Sequence record: JBEVCQ010000173.1
Reading direction: 5' to 3' (one strand)
DNA length: 32,000 bases
Positions 12,832-23,232 of the stretch are shown piece by piece. Within the stretch, counting starts at the first letter, position 1, and each line of letters starts with the position of its first letter. The position numbers were made by a program, and so were the translations under genes. The notes beneath the pieces were generated by a model that worked only from the letters and a program-made list of their open reading frames with translations, did not search any database and was not told the origin of the DNA.

Positions 12832-13689
12832 TTAGTAAAATAAATTAAAATCATTTATTAAAAATAAATATAAAAAATTAGGTAATTCTCAACCACCAAA
12901 AAGAACTATACTTATTACCATAGAAAAAAAAAAAAGATGAAAATACTCACCTAAATAGTATAAAGCGAAGTAAAAACCACCATACTCTACACTATAACCA
13001 GTAACTAATTCTGATTCAGCTTCTGCTAAATCAAATGGAGCTCTATTTGTTTCTAATAAAAAGGTTATAAAAATTAAACCAGATACACCAAAAAATATAA
13101 AAATTAGTCAAATAATTTCTTGATAAATAACAAAAACAGAAAAACAAAAAGATTCACTAATAAATATTAAATTAATTACTAATAGTCCTAAGAAAATTTC
13201 GATATTTAACATTAAAATAGCACATCTTATTGACGCCATAAATGCATATTTACTTTTACTAAAATAACCAGTTAACATTATACAAAAACTAAATAAAATA
13301 GATAAAATAGTAGCATAAACTAAATTATACTCTAAATCAAAAATTGAAACACTTGGACCTCACATAGAATTAATTCAAAAAGTATAACAAATAGCACCAG
13401 CCATAGATGGTATAGCTACAAATCAAAATTTATTTGATCCTTCTGGAACAACTATCCCTTTAATAAATAATTTTAACGCATCAGCAATATATTGTAATCT
13501 ACCTCTATAACCAACATAATGTGGTCCAACTCTTCTTTGAACAAGACTTAAAACTTTTCTTTCAATTAAAGTTATAGAAGCAATAACTAAAGTTATTAGT
13601 AACATACAAACAATATTATAAACAAGCATTACTAAATATAATGGTAATGATAAAAAATTTACAAATAATGGAGCAATTCAAAAACCCAT
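12832..13689 (-). CDS. nad1: NADH dehydrogenase subunit 1, N-terminal portion (nad1_a)
   Basis: The translation contains ...[37 protein letters not shown]... and ...[26 protein letters not shown]..., both diagnostic ND1 motifs. It ends after 285 codons, before the usual C-terminal PR.RYDQL segment. Confidence 0.9.
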
Positions 13690-13700
13690 TTAATTAATTT

Positions 13701-15767
13701 TTATTTTTCATATACTTCATATTCAACAAAATGTCTATTAATTAACATTAGTCTTACAGTAGAACCAGGAATACCATTCATTTTTGCTTTAGTATGTTGT
13801 AAGTATCTTATTTTAAATATATAATATGAAATTCTTTTATATCATCTAGGTAAACCTAAAGTTGTTGAAGTTGATGCTCTTCTTTCAATATGAGAATCAA
13901 ACATCATTAAAAAAAAGAAAATTATACCAACTAAAGTAATAAAATGACCTGTTGTTGACATACTATGTCAACCCATAAAAACTACAGGATAATCATGAAT
14001 TCTTCTAGGCATACCTGAAAACCCTAAATAAAATAATGGTACAAATGCAACTCATTGACCACCTGAATAATAAATTAAGTGCATATATCCAAACATTCTT
14101 GAATATTTTACTCCAAATAAAGCATTAAAATAGTAATATATACCGGAAAAAATACCAGTCATAGCAGCACCAGAAAGCATAATATGGAAATGAGCTACAA
14201 CATAAAAAGTATCGTGCATAGAAACATTTAAACTAACGTGTGATAGTCACATACCTGTAAAACCAGCAACTAAAAATAATAATAAAAACGACATTGAGAA
14301 TAAAAATGGTAAATCAATTTTTAATGCACCATTTACTAATGATAATGTTCAGTTAACTACCTTAATTGTTGCAGGCATAGATATCATAATTGTAATTGTA
14401 CTATACATAGTTCTACTTCTATGGTCTAAACCAACTAAATACATATGATGACCTCAAACTAAATAACCCATATAAGCCATAACATAAATAGCTCAAATCA
14501 TGTGGTGTTTTGATGCAACACGTCTAGTATTGTTGTGTGGTACAATCATATTAATAAAACCAAAAGTAGGAATAATTAATACGTATACTTCTGGATGTCC
14601 AAAAAATCAAAATAAATGTTGAGATAAAATAGGATCACCTCCGTAAGCATATTCAAAAAATGTGGTTTGTCAATGTCTATCAAAAGCCATCATAATTACA
14701 GCTGCACCTAATACAGGAGTAATAGTTGCTAACATTCTTAAAGTTAAGAAAATAGAAATAGTAACAAAAGGCATTAAAACTCTTCTATGTCTTAAACCAG
14801 GCATCGCTAAAGTTCTTCTAGTAATTAATAAATTAGTAAAAGAAATAGTTGTACTAATACCAGCAAAAACTACAGATAAAATTAAAATATCTTGTGAACC
14901 AACACCTGTATATTTTGTATTTGAACTGAATGGAGTTATAAAAGTTCAACCAGCAGTAGTTAAAGTTCTAGCAGAACATTTAGTTACGAAAACTTTTTTT
15001 CTTCTAGATTGAACAACTCGACTTGCAGCATATCAAAATGATTCAGGGTAATTTATCATTGTTTTTCACATCATTAATTTTAATGGTACAAATGAAAAAA
15101 CTGAATATTGAGGTAATTTAATTATTTTTCTAGCTTTTCAAAAAAAAGAATGATCGTCAGTAATTTCTTTTTTTAAAAAATCTAAATAAAATAAATAATC
15201 ATTTTTATATTCTTTATATTGATTATATTTTATTTTTTCTAAAAAAGGGAATGAAAATGAAGTTTTATCATAATATCTTCAAAATTGAGGTCTTAAAAAA
15301 CCAATTTTTGCTAATAGTATATAACCACAGGGTTGAATTCAAAAACCAATACTATTTAATCTTGGGTATGCTACATCTTTTGAACCAACATGATAAGGAA
15401 TTAAAAAATTTGCAAAACCACCAAATAAAATAGGTACTACAACGAAAAATACCATAATTAGACCATGTGCAGTTACAACTTGTAAGTAACGTAATGAATC
15501 ACCTTTAAAGAAAGGACTACCTGGGTGTGCTAACTCTAAACGAATCATTGTTGCTAATGCAGCACCTGATAAACCAGTTACCATACTAAAATATAAATAG
15601 TTTATAGCAATTCTTTTATGATTAATTGTATATACATATTTTTTTAATATATGTTTACGTAAATCATTTAAATATGTAAATAACTTTTTGATTCTATCAA
15701 GATAGTAAAAATAATTATTTACTGAGACCTTAAAACTTTTGGTCTGATCTATAAAATCAACTCACAT
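13701..15767 (-). CDS. cox1: Cytochrome c oxidase subunit 1 with a ciliate-type internal insertion
   Basis: The gene has 688 codons under code 4. Motifs seen include NHKRIAINYLYF, VTAHGLIMVFFVVVPILFGGFANFLIP, LFWFFGHPEVYVLIIP, WGHHMY and HDTFYVVAHFH. The TAA stop is at 13701-13703. Confidence 0.95.
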
Positions 15768-15787
15768 AAAAAAATCTTATAAATAAA

Positions 15788-16081
15788 TTATAATCAAAAA
15801 TTTAAAATAATAAAATAATAGATATTATAAAGATAGTCAATTATATTTATAAAATTGAGATTTAAATTTCAAAAAATAATAATAATAAATAAAATAAAAA
15901 AACTTAAATTAAAATTTTTATTAGTAATTTTTAATTTATTAGAGTAAAATAAAAAGATAAAAGTTATTAAAAAGTATAATAGTATAATGTAATAGATTAA
16001 CACGTGAAATTTAATTATAATTTCAAATAAAAAATAGATAATAAAAAAAAATAAGATAAAAGAAATATAAAAAAAATTTAT
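15788..16081 (-). CDS. Hypothetical small hydrophobic ORF (about 97 codons, no ATG, candidate ATA start)
   Basis: An open frame fills the gap between the cox3-like stop and the cox1 start. The translation INFFYISFILFFFIIYFLFEIII...FFILFIIIIFW... suggests 2-3 transmembrane helices. The TAA stop is at 15788-15790. Confidence 0.35.
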
Positions 16082-16102
16082 TTTTTTTTAAAATTTTATT
16101 AT

Positions 16103-17866
16103 TTATAATATATAGTTATTTAAACTATAAATAATTGAATCTCTAATAACAAATTTTCTATATTGATTAAAATCAGTTAATTGAGAAGAATTAATTCAGT
16201 AATAGAATGGATATTTTTCAAATTTAATACTATATATATTAAAATCAATTAATCTATTTGTTATACCATAGAAAAATAATTTTAAATCAGTAAAAAATAC
16301 TCTAATACCTAATTCTCTTCCATTTAAATAAAATCAATAATAAGGTACATCTAAATATTTTCTAAAAATAAATTTTAATCAAGGATACATATAAGCTCAA
16401 GACATGATATATATAATAATAAAATTTTGAACATTTGCTACTAATAATGGGTATCTTATTCTTCCTAATTCATTAATTCTTAAAACAAAAAAAACTCAAA
16501 ATAAAAATATAAAAACAAAGTGTCAAAATTTTGCAAATAAACAAATTGCTATATAATTATTAGCTAATCTTGTGCGTCTAGAATCTAATTCTAAAGTTCA
16601 AATATATTCATCATAATCAAATACTCAATTTATATTACCATAAAAACTTAAAATATGATAAAATTGATAAAATTCTAATCACAATATGTATAATAATAGT
16701 AAAGTTATTAATAATACAATAGTATTTTGTTTATTAAAAAGATTTCATTTTAATGTTAATTGTAAATAATAACCTAATAGAATTATACTTACAGAAGGTA
16801 ATAATTTAATTAAAAATCATCTTCACGAAAATAAATGAGTTTTATATATTTTTATTTGATCATACATATAAACTGGTTCAGAAGTAGCATTTAAAGTTAA
16901 ATAAAAAAATACTGAAAAAGTACCTGCTTCAATTACTCAAAAAATAATATAAGTTCTTTTTCAAAATCTTTGAATTGCTGCTGTAAATTTACTATATTGA
17001 TATTTTTTAACAAAAAAAACAAAACCTGAAATTAGTCAATATAAAAACATTGCTACTAAAATTCAAGCAAATATAATTTTATTAAAAGGTAGTAATCTTA
17101 CGTACATTAAGTAGTAAATTGATGATAAACCTAATAATAAACCAACTAATCAAAATCTTAAACCTTTTCAAATATATTTTAAACCAGAAAAAATATTTTG
17201 AATATAATCACTATTATTATTAATATAAAAACCTCAATCTGTTTGTTTTAAACGATAATCAAATCTATTGTAATATGTAGATTTTAAATATAAAAGGTGT
17301 AAATATAAGATTATTTTTAAAAATACGAAATCAATTATACTATTTAATTTTATATTATATATATTAAAAGATCTATATAAAAAGAATAATTTTATATTAT
17401 TTAATTCATTTAAATCTTTGATATAATCATCAACTGATGTAAATAATTTTAATGAGTCATTATATGTTATATATAATTTATTATTTATAACATAGTAATG
17501 ATTAGTATTTAATTTTGTTGTTGATAGTTTTAATTTAAATTCTATAAAATTATAAATAGGCGACATAAAAGCAATATTTATAGATTCAATTGTTTTTTCA
17601 AATAATGATGAAATGAATTTTTTAGAATCAAATGATTCATATACATTTAAATTTAAAGTTGAATTTTTATTAACATAATGCTTATCTTCAAAGGTTAAAT
17701 TTAATTTAATAGGATTTTCTTTTGAACCTAAATTTTTTTCATTTGTTTTTTCTAATTTATTTATTTCATTTCTACAAAATTTTAAAACATTATAATTTAA
17801 GGGTAAATTTTCATTTACTGTACCATTAAAATCAAATCAATATATTCTTGAAAAATTACTATTCAT
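16103..17866 (-). CDS. cox3: Cytochrome c oxidase subunit 3-like protein with long N- and C-terminal extensions (ymf68-type, label from memory)
   Basis: The gene has 587 codons under code 4; track ORF 17234..17566 is in the same frame. LFAKFWHFVFIFLFWVF resembles the COX3 motif A.WYWHFVDVVWLFL. IIFWVIEAGTFSVFFY resembles ILFI.SEV.FF..FFWAFY. LWLEFYQF resembles the L.Q..EY helix. Confidence 0.6.
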
Positions 17867-17888
17867 TAAAAAATTACAAATTAAATAA

Positions 17889-17960
17889 ACGAGAGAAGCA
17901 GGAATCGAACCCACGCTAACGATTTTGAAGACCGTTGTTCTACCATTAAACTATTCCCCC
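17889..17960 (-). tRNA. trnW: tRNA-Trp(UCA), decodes UGA and UGG
   Basis: The minus strand reads gggggaa ta gttt aatggta gaac a acggt ctTCAaa atcgt tagc gtggg ttcgatt cctgc ttctctc. The anticodon is UCA, and the acceptor stem includes two G:U pairs. Confidence 0.9.
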
Positions 17961-17977
17961 CCCTTTTTTTTATACAA

Positions 17978-18029
17978 TTTTATATTTATCTTCTAAATTA
18001 TTAAAATAATTTAGAAGATAAATATAAAA
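17978..18029. repeat. Perfect 52-nt palindrome (23-bp arms, 6-nt centre ttaaaa), a potential RNA hairpin or DNA cruciform
   Basis: 17978-18000 (ttttatatttatcttctaaatta) is the exact reverse complement of 18007-18029 (taatttagaagataaatataaaa). The centre holds the TAA stop (18001-18003) of the 450-codon ORF. The element ends 17 nt upstream of the trnW 5' end. Confidence 0.9.
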
Positions 18030-19353
18030 GTAAATTATTAAAATCTTTAACTAAATTAAAAGATGAAAGAATATAATTAAATTCTAATGATTTATTTTTA
18101 ATTAATAAATTACAAACAAAACTTTGATTATATTTAATTATAGTGTAGTTAAATAGATTATTATAATTAGTTTTAATAATTATTGTTAAAGGTTTAATTA
18201 TATTTGAAATAATTAAAATAAATCATTTAAAACCGTTAATATATTCATTTAAAATATTTAAAGGATTATAAAATCTATGTTTTAAAGCGCGAGAAAAAAA
18301 GAAACTTAAAATTAAAGAGTATAATAATCATCATAAATAACCAAAATTCATAGTAAATTTATAAAATCAAAAATAAAAAGCAACAACTGCTACAATATTA
18401 ACATATAAACATCAATAAGCACCTGTTCTATAAGTTTGTCTATTTCTAGAATATCTACTTTTATTAAAAACTTTATTTTTTCTTAAATATAAAATAACTG
18501 AATTATTAACACTTTTATCAGATAAATATTTTACAATATTTGATGCTGAAAATGATATTTTAAATGTGTTTTTTAAATTTTGTAAAAAATCATTATTAAT
18601 TAAAGTATTATAATTATTATTTAAATTTTTTAAAAAAAAACTGTTATTAGTAATTGTTATACTTGATAATTTTTTATATGAATTTAATAATTTATTATTT
18701 AATTGAGATTTAATAGATAAATTATTTGTTTGATTTAAACCTAAAATAATTTGTTTATCTAATAAAATTTCATTATTATCTATAGAATTAATATATTTTA
18801 TATAATCATTGAATTTTGAAATATTATATTTATTTACAATAATTTTTTCATTTACAATAGCTAGTCTATTAATAAATAAATAAGTTAGAATATCAGTAGT
18901 TTTAAAAATTTTAAAAAAAGAATTGTAATTAATATTGATAATATAATTTATAGTTGAAAATATAATTTTATTATTACAATTTTCTATTAATACATTTAAA
19001 TTTAAATTTTCATTTAAAAATTTATATAATTTATATTGAGTTTTAAAATTTACAAAAGAAGTATTAATTTTAGTTTTTTTTTCTAATTTGTTAATGTTAG
19101 AGTGTATTAAAACTAATGTTGGATAATTTTTAAATCTTGATAATTCAATATTATTTATATCATGTTCTGTTAATAAATTTTTATAAAATGATAAATTTTT
19201 ATTATAAAAAATTATTAAAATAATTTTGATAAAATAATTATTATTATATTGATTTAATTTTATACCAGTAAATAAAAAAGTTATAATATTGTATATAATG
19301 CTAATAATAATATATGATATAGATCATAATATATGTAAAAATAATGCTGTCAT
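18001..19353 (-). CDS. Hypothetical ciliate-specific mitochondrial protein (450 codons) with a basic motif followed by transmembrane helices
   Basis: The ATG is at 19351-19353 and the TAA at 18001-18003, with many in-frame TGA codons. The frame was checked by hand over 18409-18480, which gives KNKVFNKSRYSRNRQTYRTGAYWC, followed by the hydrophobic segment LYVNIVAVVAFYFWFYKF...YLWWLLYSLILSFFF. The N-terminal two thirds is N/I/K-rich low complexity. Confidence 0.5.
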
Positions 19354-19382
19354 ATATAAACTATAGAAATCTTATAGTTTAA

Positions 19383-19682
19383 TTAATTTTTTAAAATTAA
19401 TTTTTGGTTGAAATAATAATTATTTAAAACATAAAAAAAATCATTATAAGCTGATAGTTTTAATAATACTTCTGTATATGTTCTAAATCTTATAAATTCT
19501 TGAGATGAAGAGTGTCTTCTATTAAAAAAATGAGTAGGTCAAATTAATTCAACAACTGTAGATCAAGCTAAAAAATTCATAGTACAATATATAAAAATAA
19601 ATATTATTACTTGTTCAAATATAGCTTTTCTAGTTAAATCGTCATTTAGATCTAATAAAAATAAATAATCTAAGATCGTATT
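19383..19682 (-). CDS. Hypothetical small ORF (maximal open frame about 99 codons; an internal ATG at 19580 gives 65 codons)
   Basis: An open frame lies between the SSU rRNA 3' end and the 450-codon ORF. The translation is ...RKAIFEQVIIFIFIYCTMNFLAWSTVVELIWPTHFFNRRHSSSQEFIRFRTYTEVLLKLSAYNDFF.... The TAA stop is at 19383-19385. No family was recognised. Confidence 0.35.
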
Positions 19683-19729
19683 TTATAAAATTATTTTTTA
19701 TTTTGATAAAATTTTTTGTATTATAAAAA

Positions 19730-21372
19730 ATATATTCCACCAACAGGTTCCCCTACCAGTACCTTGTGTCAACTTCACTCAAATTACCAATACTAGATTG
19801 GATACTACTTTTCAACCATGCCATTAAAAAATAATACAAATACAATTAATATAAAAATAATATATTAATTTTGCGCAGAGTTTTTCAAATCTTCCGCTAT
19901 TATTGACTTTCCGAGCGTGATGGGCGGTGTGTGCAAAATTTGACTATTGTTTCACTGTAACATAATAATTTACAATTACTAACGATTTCATCTTCATGTT
20001 TTAGAATTTCATAAAACAATCTGAACTAAGGTAATTTTTAAAGGTTTGCTCAAAATTACTTTTTTGCGTCTTTTTGTTTTTACCCTTGTAACACGTGTGT
20101 AGCCCAACGTATAAAGACCATAGGGACTTGACTTCAGCCTATAACCCCTATAAAAGAATAAGTTGAAAAGATTCAACATATTCTAATTATAGATTAAATA
20201 AGTATATTAAAAAAAATTTATTATTTTAAAATAAAAACTTACTTATAGGGTTGCATTCGTTAAAAAGAACTTAATCCTAAACTTCACAGCACGAACTGAC
20301 GACAGCCATGCAATTCCGTACTAAATCATATATTTTTGGTATTAACCATACTACTGATAAAGCCTGAAACGTTGGTAAGATTTTGCGTGGATTATCGCAT
20401 TAAACCACATGTTCCACCGTTCGAACAAATTCCCGCCAATTCAGTTAAGTTTTAATCTTGCGATTATACTCCCCGAGTAGAATACTTTGCGTTAGCTATC
20501 CCTGAATTTTTAATTCATGAAGTATTCATCTTTTACAGTACGGACTACTAGGGAAACTAATCCTTATCGATACCCGTACTTTCATACATCAGCTATAATT
20601 AAATATAGAAAAGCACCTTAGTTTATGGCAAGCTCTATAGTGTAACTACATTTAATCGTTGTTCTATAAATCTCCTTTTCTTATATTTAATAATCATTTA
20701 CAAAAAAACTACTGTATTCGGTTTTTAATTGACTTTTAGAGTAGTAATTGTAATCACCTATGTATTTAATACACCCAGTCAATATGGGTAACGCTTGCTC
20801 CTCATGTATTACCGCGGCTGCTGGCACATGTATTAGCCAGAGCTTCTCTTAGAATTTACTCATTTGTTAATTCTCGCACTAAACTTTACAATATCGCTAT
20901 CTTCTTCATTTCCATTAGTTCGCTGGATCATGCTTTCGCATATTGTCCAAAATTCCTCACTGCTGTCAAAAAGATAGGGTAGTTTTCATACCCGTATGTG
21001 GTTGAACAATCTCTAAATTCAACTAAACATCTAGGCTTATTTTACTAAAAGTATTTTTTGATACTAAACAGTTTTAGAAATAATTACCTAATATTATACA
21101 AAGTAATCTTTAAGCTGTAAACAAAATAAATTTAGATTTGGTTATAAATAATTGCTAATATAATATATATATAGATTTAAAAAAATTTTAAGTACATTTG
21201 TTACTGTTTTAAAGTTACCGTCTATTTAAGTCGGCTTAAAGGCATACATTTGTATATTACTCACCTTGACGCTATATATTTAAATAAAATATTAATTTAA
21301 CATATATAAAACTCGCATGTGTTAGGCGTCTAATTAGCGTTAATCCCGAGCCATGATCACACTCAATAAATT
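19730..21372 (-). rRNA. rns: SSU rRNA (probably two pieces, rns_a and rns_b, as in Tetrahymena)
   Basis: Reverse complements of universal 16S motifs are present. At the 5' end is gagtgtgatcatggctcgggattaacgct...cctaacacatgcg (about 21310-21372). The 530 loop is gtgccagcagccgcggtaatac (about 20806-20830). Also present are ttgcacacaccgcccatcacgctcgg (about 19910-19940) and the 3' end gtactggtaggggaacctgttggtgg (about 19738-19765). The ends are approximate. Confidence 0.92.
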
Positions 21373-21404
21373 TTTTTGATTACAACCTATTTTTAATTAA
21401 TTAA

Positions 21405-23219
21405 TTATCATGAATATTTTCTTAATTCATAGTGAGTTTCAAATCTTTTTCTAGATACTGTATTTAACATTTTTGGTAACCCAAAAGTATTTCATCAAAG
21501 TAAGAAATGTTCAAATGGTAAAGCACAAACTCTAATTGGCATATGATGGTGATATCTTCCACAAATTTCTGCACATTGACCATAATAAAAACCAACGTTA
21601 TCAATAAAAAATGTATGATGAGTTGATCTTCCAGGTACACAATCTAATTTAATACCTAATCCTGGTATAAATCATGAGTGGACAATATCATAGGAATTAG
21701 TAATTAATGTGATATTTACATGAGCAGGTAAAACTAAAGTTTTTTTAGTTCTTAAAATTCTACGTGCTAATGTTACTGGGATTAATTCACCTCTTTTTTT
21801 ATTTTTTTTTATTAATTTGTATTGAGTTGTTTGATCATATATAGATTGTTTTAATATTTTATCATTTGATAAATAAGGTTTACCTGTATATTTTACTAAA
21901 TTGGTTTTATTACCATTATCATCTTTATAGAATTTAGTTTGTGGGCTTACAACTTTTTTTCTATTATATCTTTTTTGTTTTAATGTTAAATATATAGTAT
22001 CTTGTACTAATTTATGTTGCATTTTTGATGAATTAGAATTAAAACGTAATCTAAATAATTCTACATTACCATCATTATTTACATTTTCAAAAATATTATT
22101 ATTAATGGTTTCTAAACCTAATGGGTATTTTATAATTCTTAAAGGTAAAATTTCTCCTGGACTTCTTTTTATTCATCTTGAATATTCATCGAAATCTTCA
22201 TGTTTAACTAATTTAGTGTAATCTTGAATTATATTATTTTTAATACTATTGTAAACTACATGTTTAAATAATTGTTTAGAGTCACTAGATAATTGTTTTT
22301 TTGTAGGATTAAAAATAGAATCTTGAAAAAATGATTTATAATTTGAAAATAAAGTTTCATTATCAAATAAAGTTGTAAAAGGTAAATTATCAATTAAATC
22401 AAATTCATTATTTGATCATGAATTATTATTTAAATAAGAGTAAGAATTTATAAATGAATTTTTATCATTAAATAATGATTTTTTTGAGCTTATATTTTCA
22501 ATATTATATGAAAATAAATCATCAAATATATATAAGTCTCTATTAATAAAAGGCGCATTATTTTTTATTGAACTTGATAAATTTAAACTTTTATATTGAT
22601 TAATTAGACTTAGTCTTAATTGTTCTTGTGGTGATATAACATGTGCTTTATTAGTTTTACCAGTTTCTTGTAAAGAACGATTTCAATAATTTTTAACTCA
22701 TTTATTTTGAGATCTTAGTTGTAAAACATGTAAATAATCATCAGCAGTTTGTAATTCACCAAAGGTATTAATTTGTCATCTATTATTACCAATATTTTTA
22801 GGTGTTGATAAAATATCAGTAAAATTTTTTAATTCAAATTTATAAATTCAATATCATTGTCTAGCTCTAACTCTTACAGTAAATAAACTAGATTCATTTT
22901 GTCATTCAATTAATCTTAAAATTAAGTTTGAATTAGTTAAAATATTAATACATCAAATTAAAGGTATTATACAAGCTAAAAAATCACCTCATTTACCGTG
23001 TGGTCTATAACTAGTAGAAATTTTAGGGCGCATTTTTAAAACTCTAAAACGTGCAACTTTTAAAATAATAAAATAATAAAAAGATCATATTAAAGCGAAT
23101 CAAAATCATCATCAATATTGTCATTGAGCTAAATGAATTAGTACATCTGAACGTAATGATGAAAATCCAATATTAAAATTTAATTGATATGATGCTTCTG
23201 TTCATAGATTTCCTCACAT
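21405..23219 (-). CDS. cox2: Cytochrome c oxidase subunit 2 with a large ciliate-type internal insertion
   Basis: The gene has 604 codons under code 4. The C-terminal CuA domain reads DIVHSWFIPGLGIKLDCVPGRSTHHTFFIDNVGFYYGQCAEICGRYHHHMP. The N-terminal region (LAQWQYWWWFWFALIWSFYYFIIL) is the transmembrane part. Track ORF 21672..22022 is in frame. Confidence 0.93.
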
Positions 23220-23232
23220 ATAAATTAAAAAT

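Noticed and set aside
14662-15012. Track ORF on the plus strand (116 aa); the same applies to 15251..15433 (+)
   Set aside because: Both are antisense to cox1, whose identity is unambiguous. Their Leu/Val/Lys-rich translations mirror cox1 codons, and no independent signal supports them.
16111-16129. A 7-bp hairpin, tatagtt attta aactata, near the cox3-like stop, as a possible third member of the junction hairpin family
   Set aside because: The arm order is inverted relative to the other two on the transcribed strand, and the loop differs. It lies entirely within coding sequence, and a 7-bp AT stem is expected by chance.
19383-19682. Is this small ORF the missing nad1_b piece?
   Set aside because: IRFRTYTEVLLKLSAYNDFF only loosely resembles PRFRYDQLMHLLWKNFLP and needs an indel. 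From memory, nad1_b in Tetrahymena is on the opposite strand from nad1_a, whereas this ORF is on the same strand. It is kept as hypothetical.
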